64,000 nucleotides of DNA from Phormidium sp. GTDB taxonomy: Bacteria; Cyanobacteriota; Cyanobacteriia; Cyanobacteriales; Aerosakkonemataceae. The DNA lies in assembly GCA_051013385.1 (NCBI GenBank), contig CP143273.1, positions 512,001 to 576,000 of the forward strand. Reading direction: 5' to 3'. A program made the position numbers and the translations under genes. The notes beneath the pieces are model-generated. The model saw only the letters and a program-made list of their open reading frames with translations, was not told where the DNA came from and ran no database searches. Shown here one piece after another: positions 63,720-64,000 of the stretch. Numbering within the stretch: position 1 is the first letter of the stretch; each line of letters starts with the position of its first letter.

Positions 63720-64000
63720 TCATCGTATAGAGTATCTTTATCAAAAATTTTTCCACATGTACAATTATATTCCCGATTTAAGAGGAAATGTCTGGAAAAT
63801 TGAATTAACTTTCTTTGTCAAATAAAATTATGCTGTTAGTAGCAGTTGATGTGTTTATCAGGACAACTAAGGGAAATTACCGATTTGGTACAGAAGAATT
63901 TTCCAGAGTTCCTTACGTATATGAAAAACTAAAAGTAAAAGATAATCGATTTTGGGTTATCGAAGTTTGTCACTATGCCAAAAACGGCTTAAATTCCGAC

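Noticed and set aside
63830..64000. Open frame running off the window end
   Set aside because: Too short, with no recognisable motif or clear RBS.

Overview
Chromosomal window from a filamentous cyanobacterium (abundant HIP1 GCGATCGC octamers, fraCDE, ccmP, Yfr1, STRR-type tandem repeats). The housekeeping backbone is ccmP, hspA, cobO, fraCDE, guaB-Yfr1-trxA, LOG, proB-yqeG-mltG-ruvX and acnB. Four accessory zones stand out. (1) A divergent two-domain geosmin-synthase-like terpene cyclase plus two Family 2B encapsulin (cnb) genes sits on the + strand inside a split, decayed canonical geoA on the - strand. (2) A group II intron upstream of a LOG gene has its RT/maturase HNH domain interrupted by a second, ORF-less intron of only 313 nt (twintron); removing the inner intron exactly restores the reading frame. 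(3) A RAYT transposase is flanked by its GTAG REP doublets, which also recur at 42-54 kb. (4) A 38.5-60 kb conflict/defence region holds two paralogous HTH-NB-ARC genes, each divergent from different cargo (membrane protein + AHH-like nuclease; vWA-PP2C-kinase-YbjN-like), many toxin-antitoxin modules and fragments bounded by HIP1 sites, and three tandem dynamin-like genes. All calls come from reading sequence and motifs; no searches were run.
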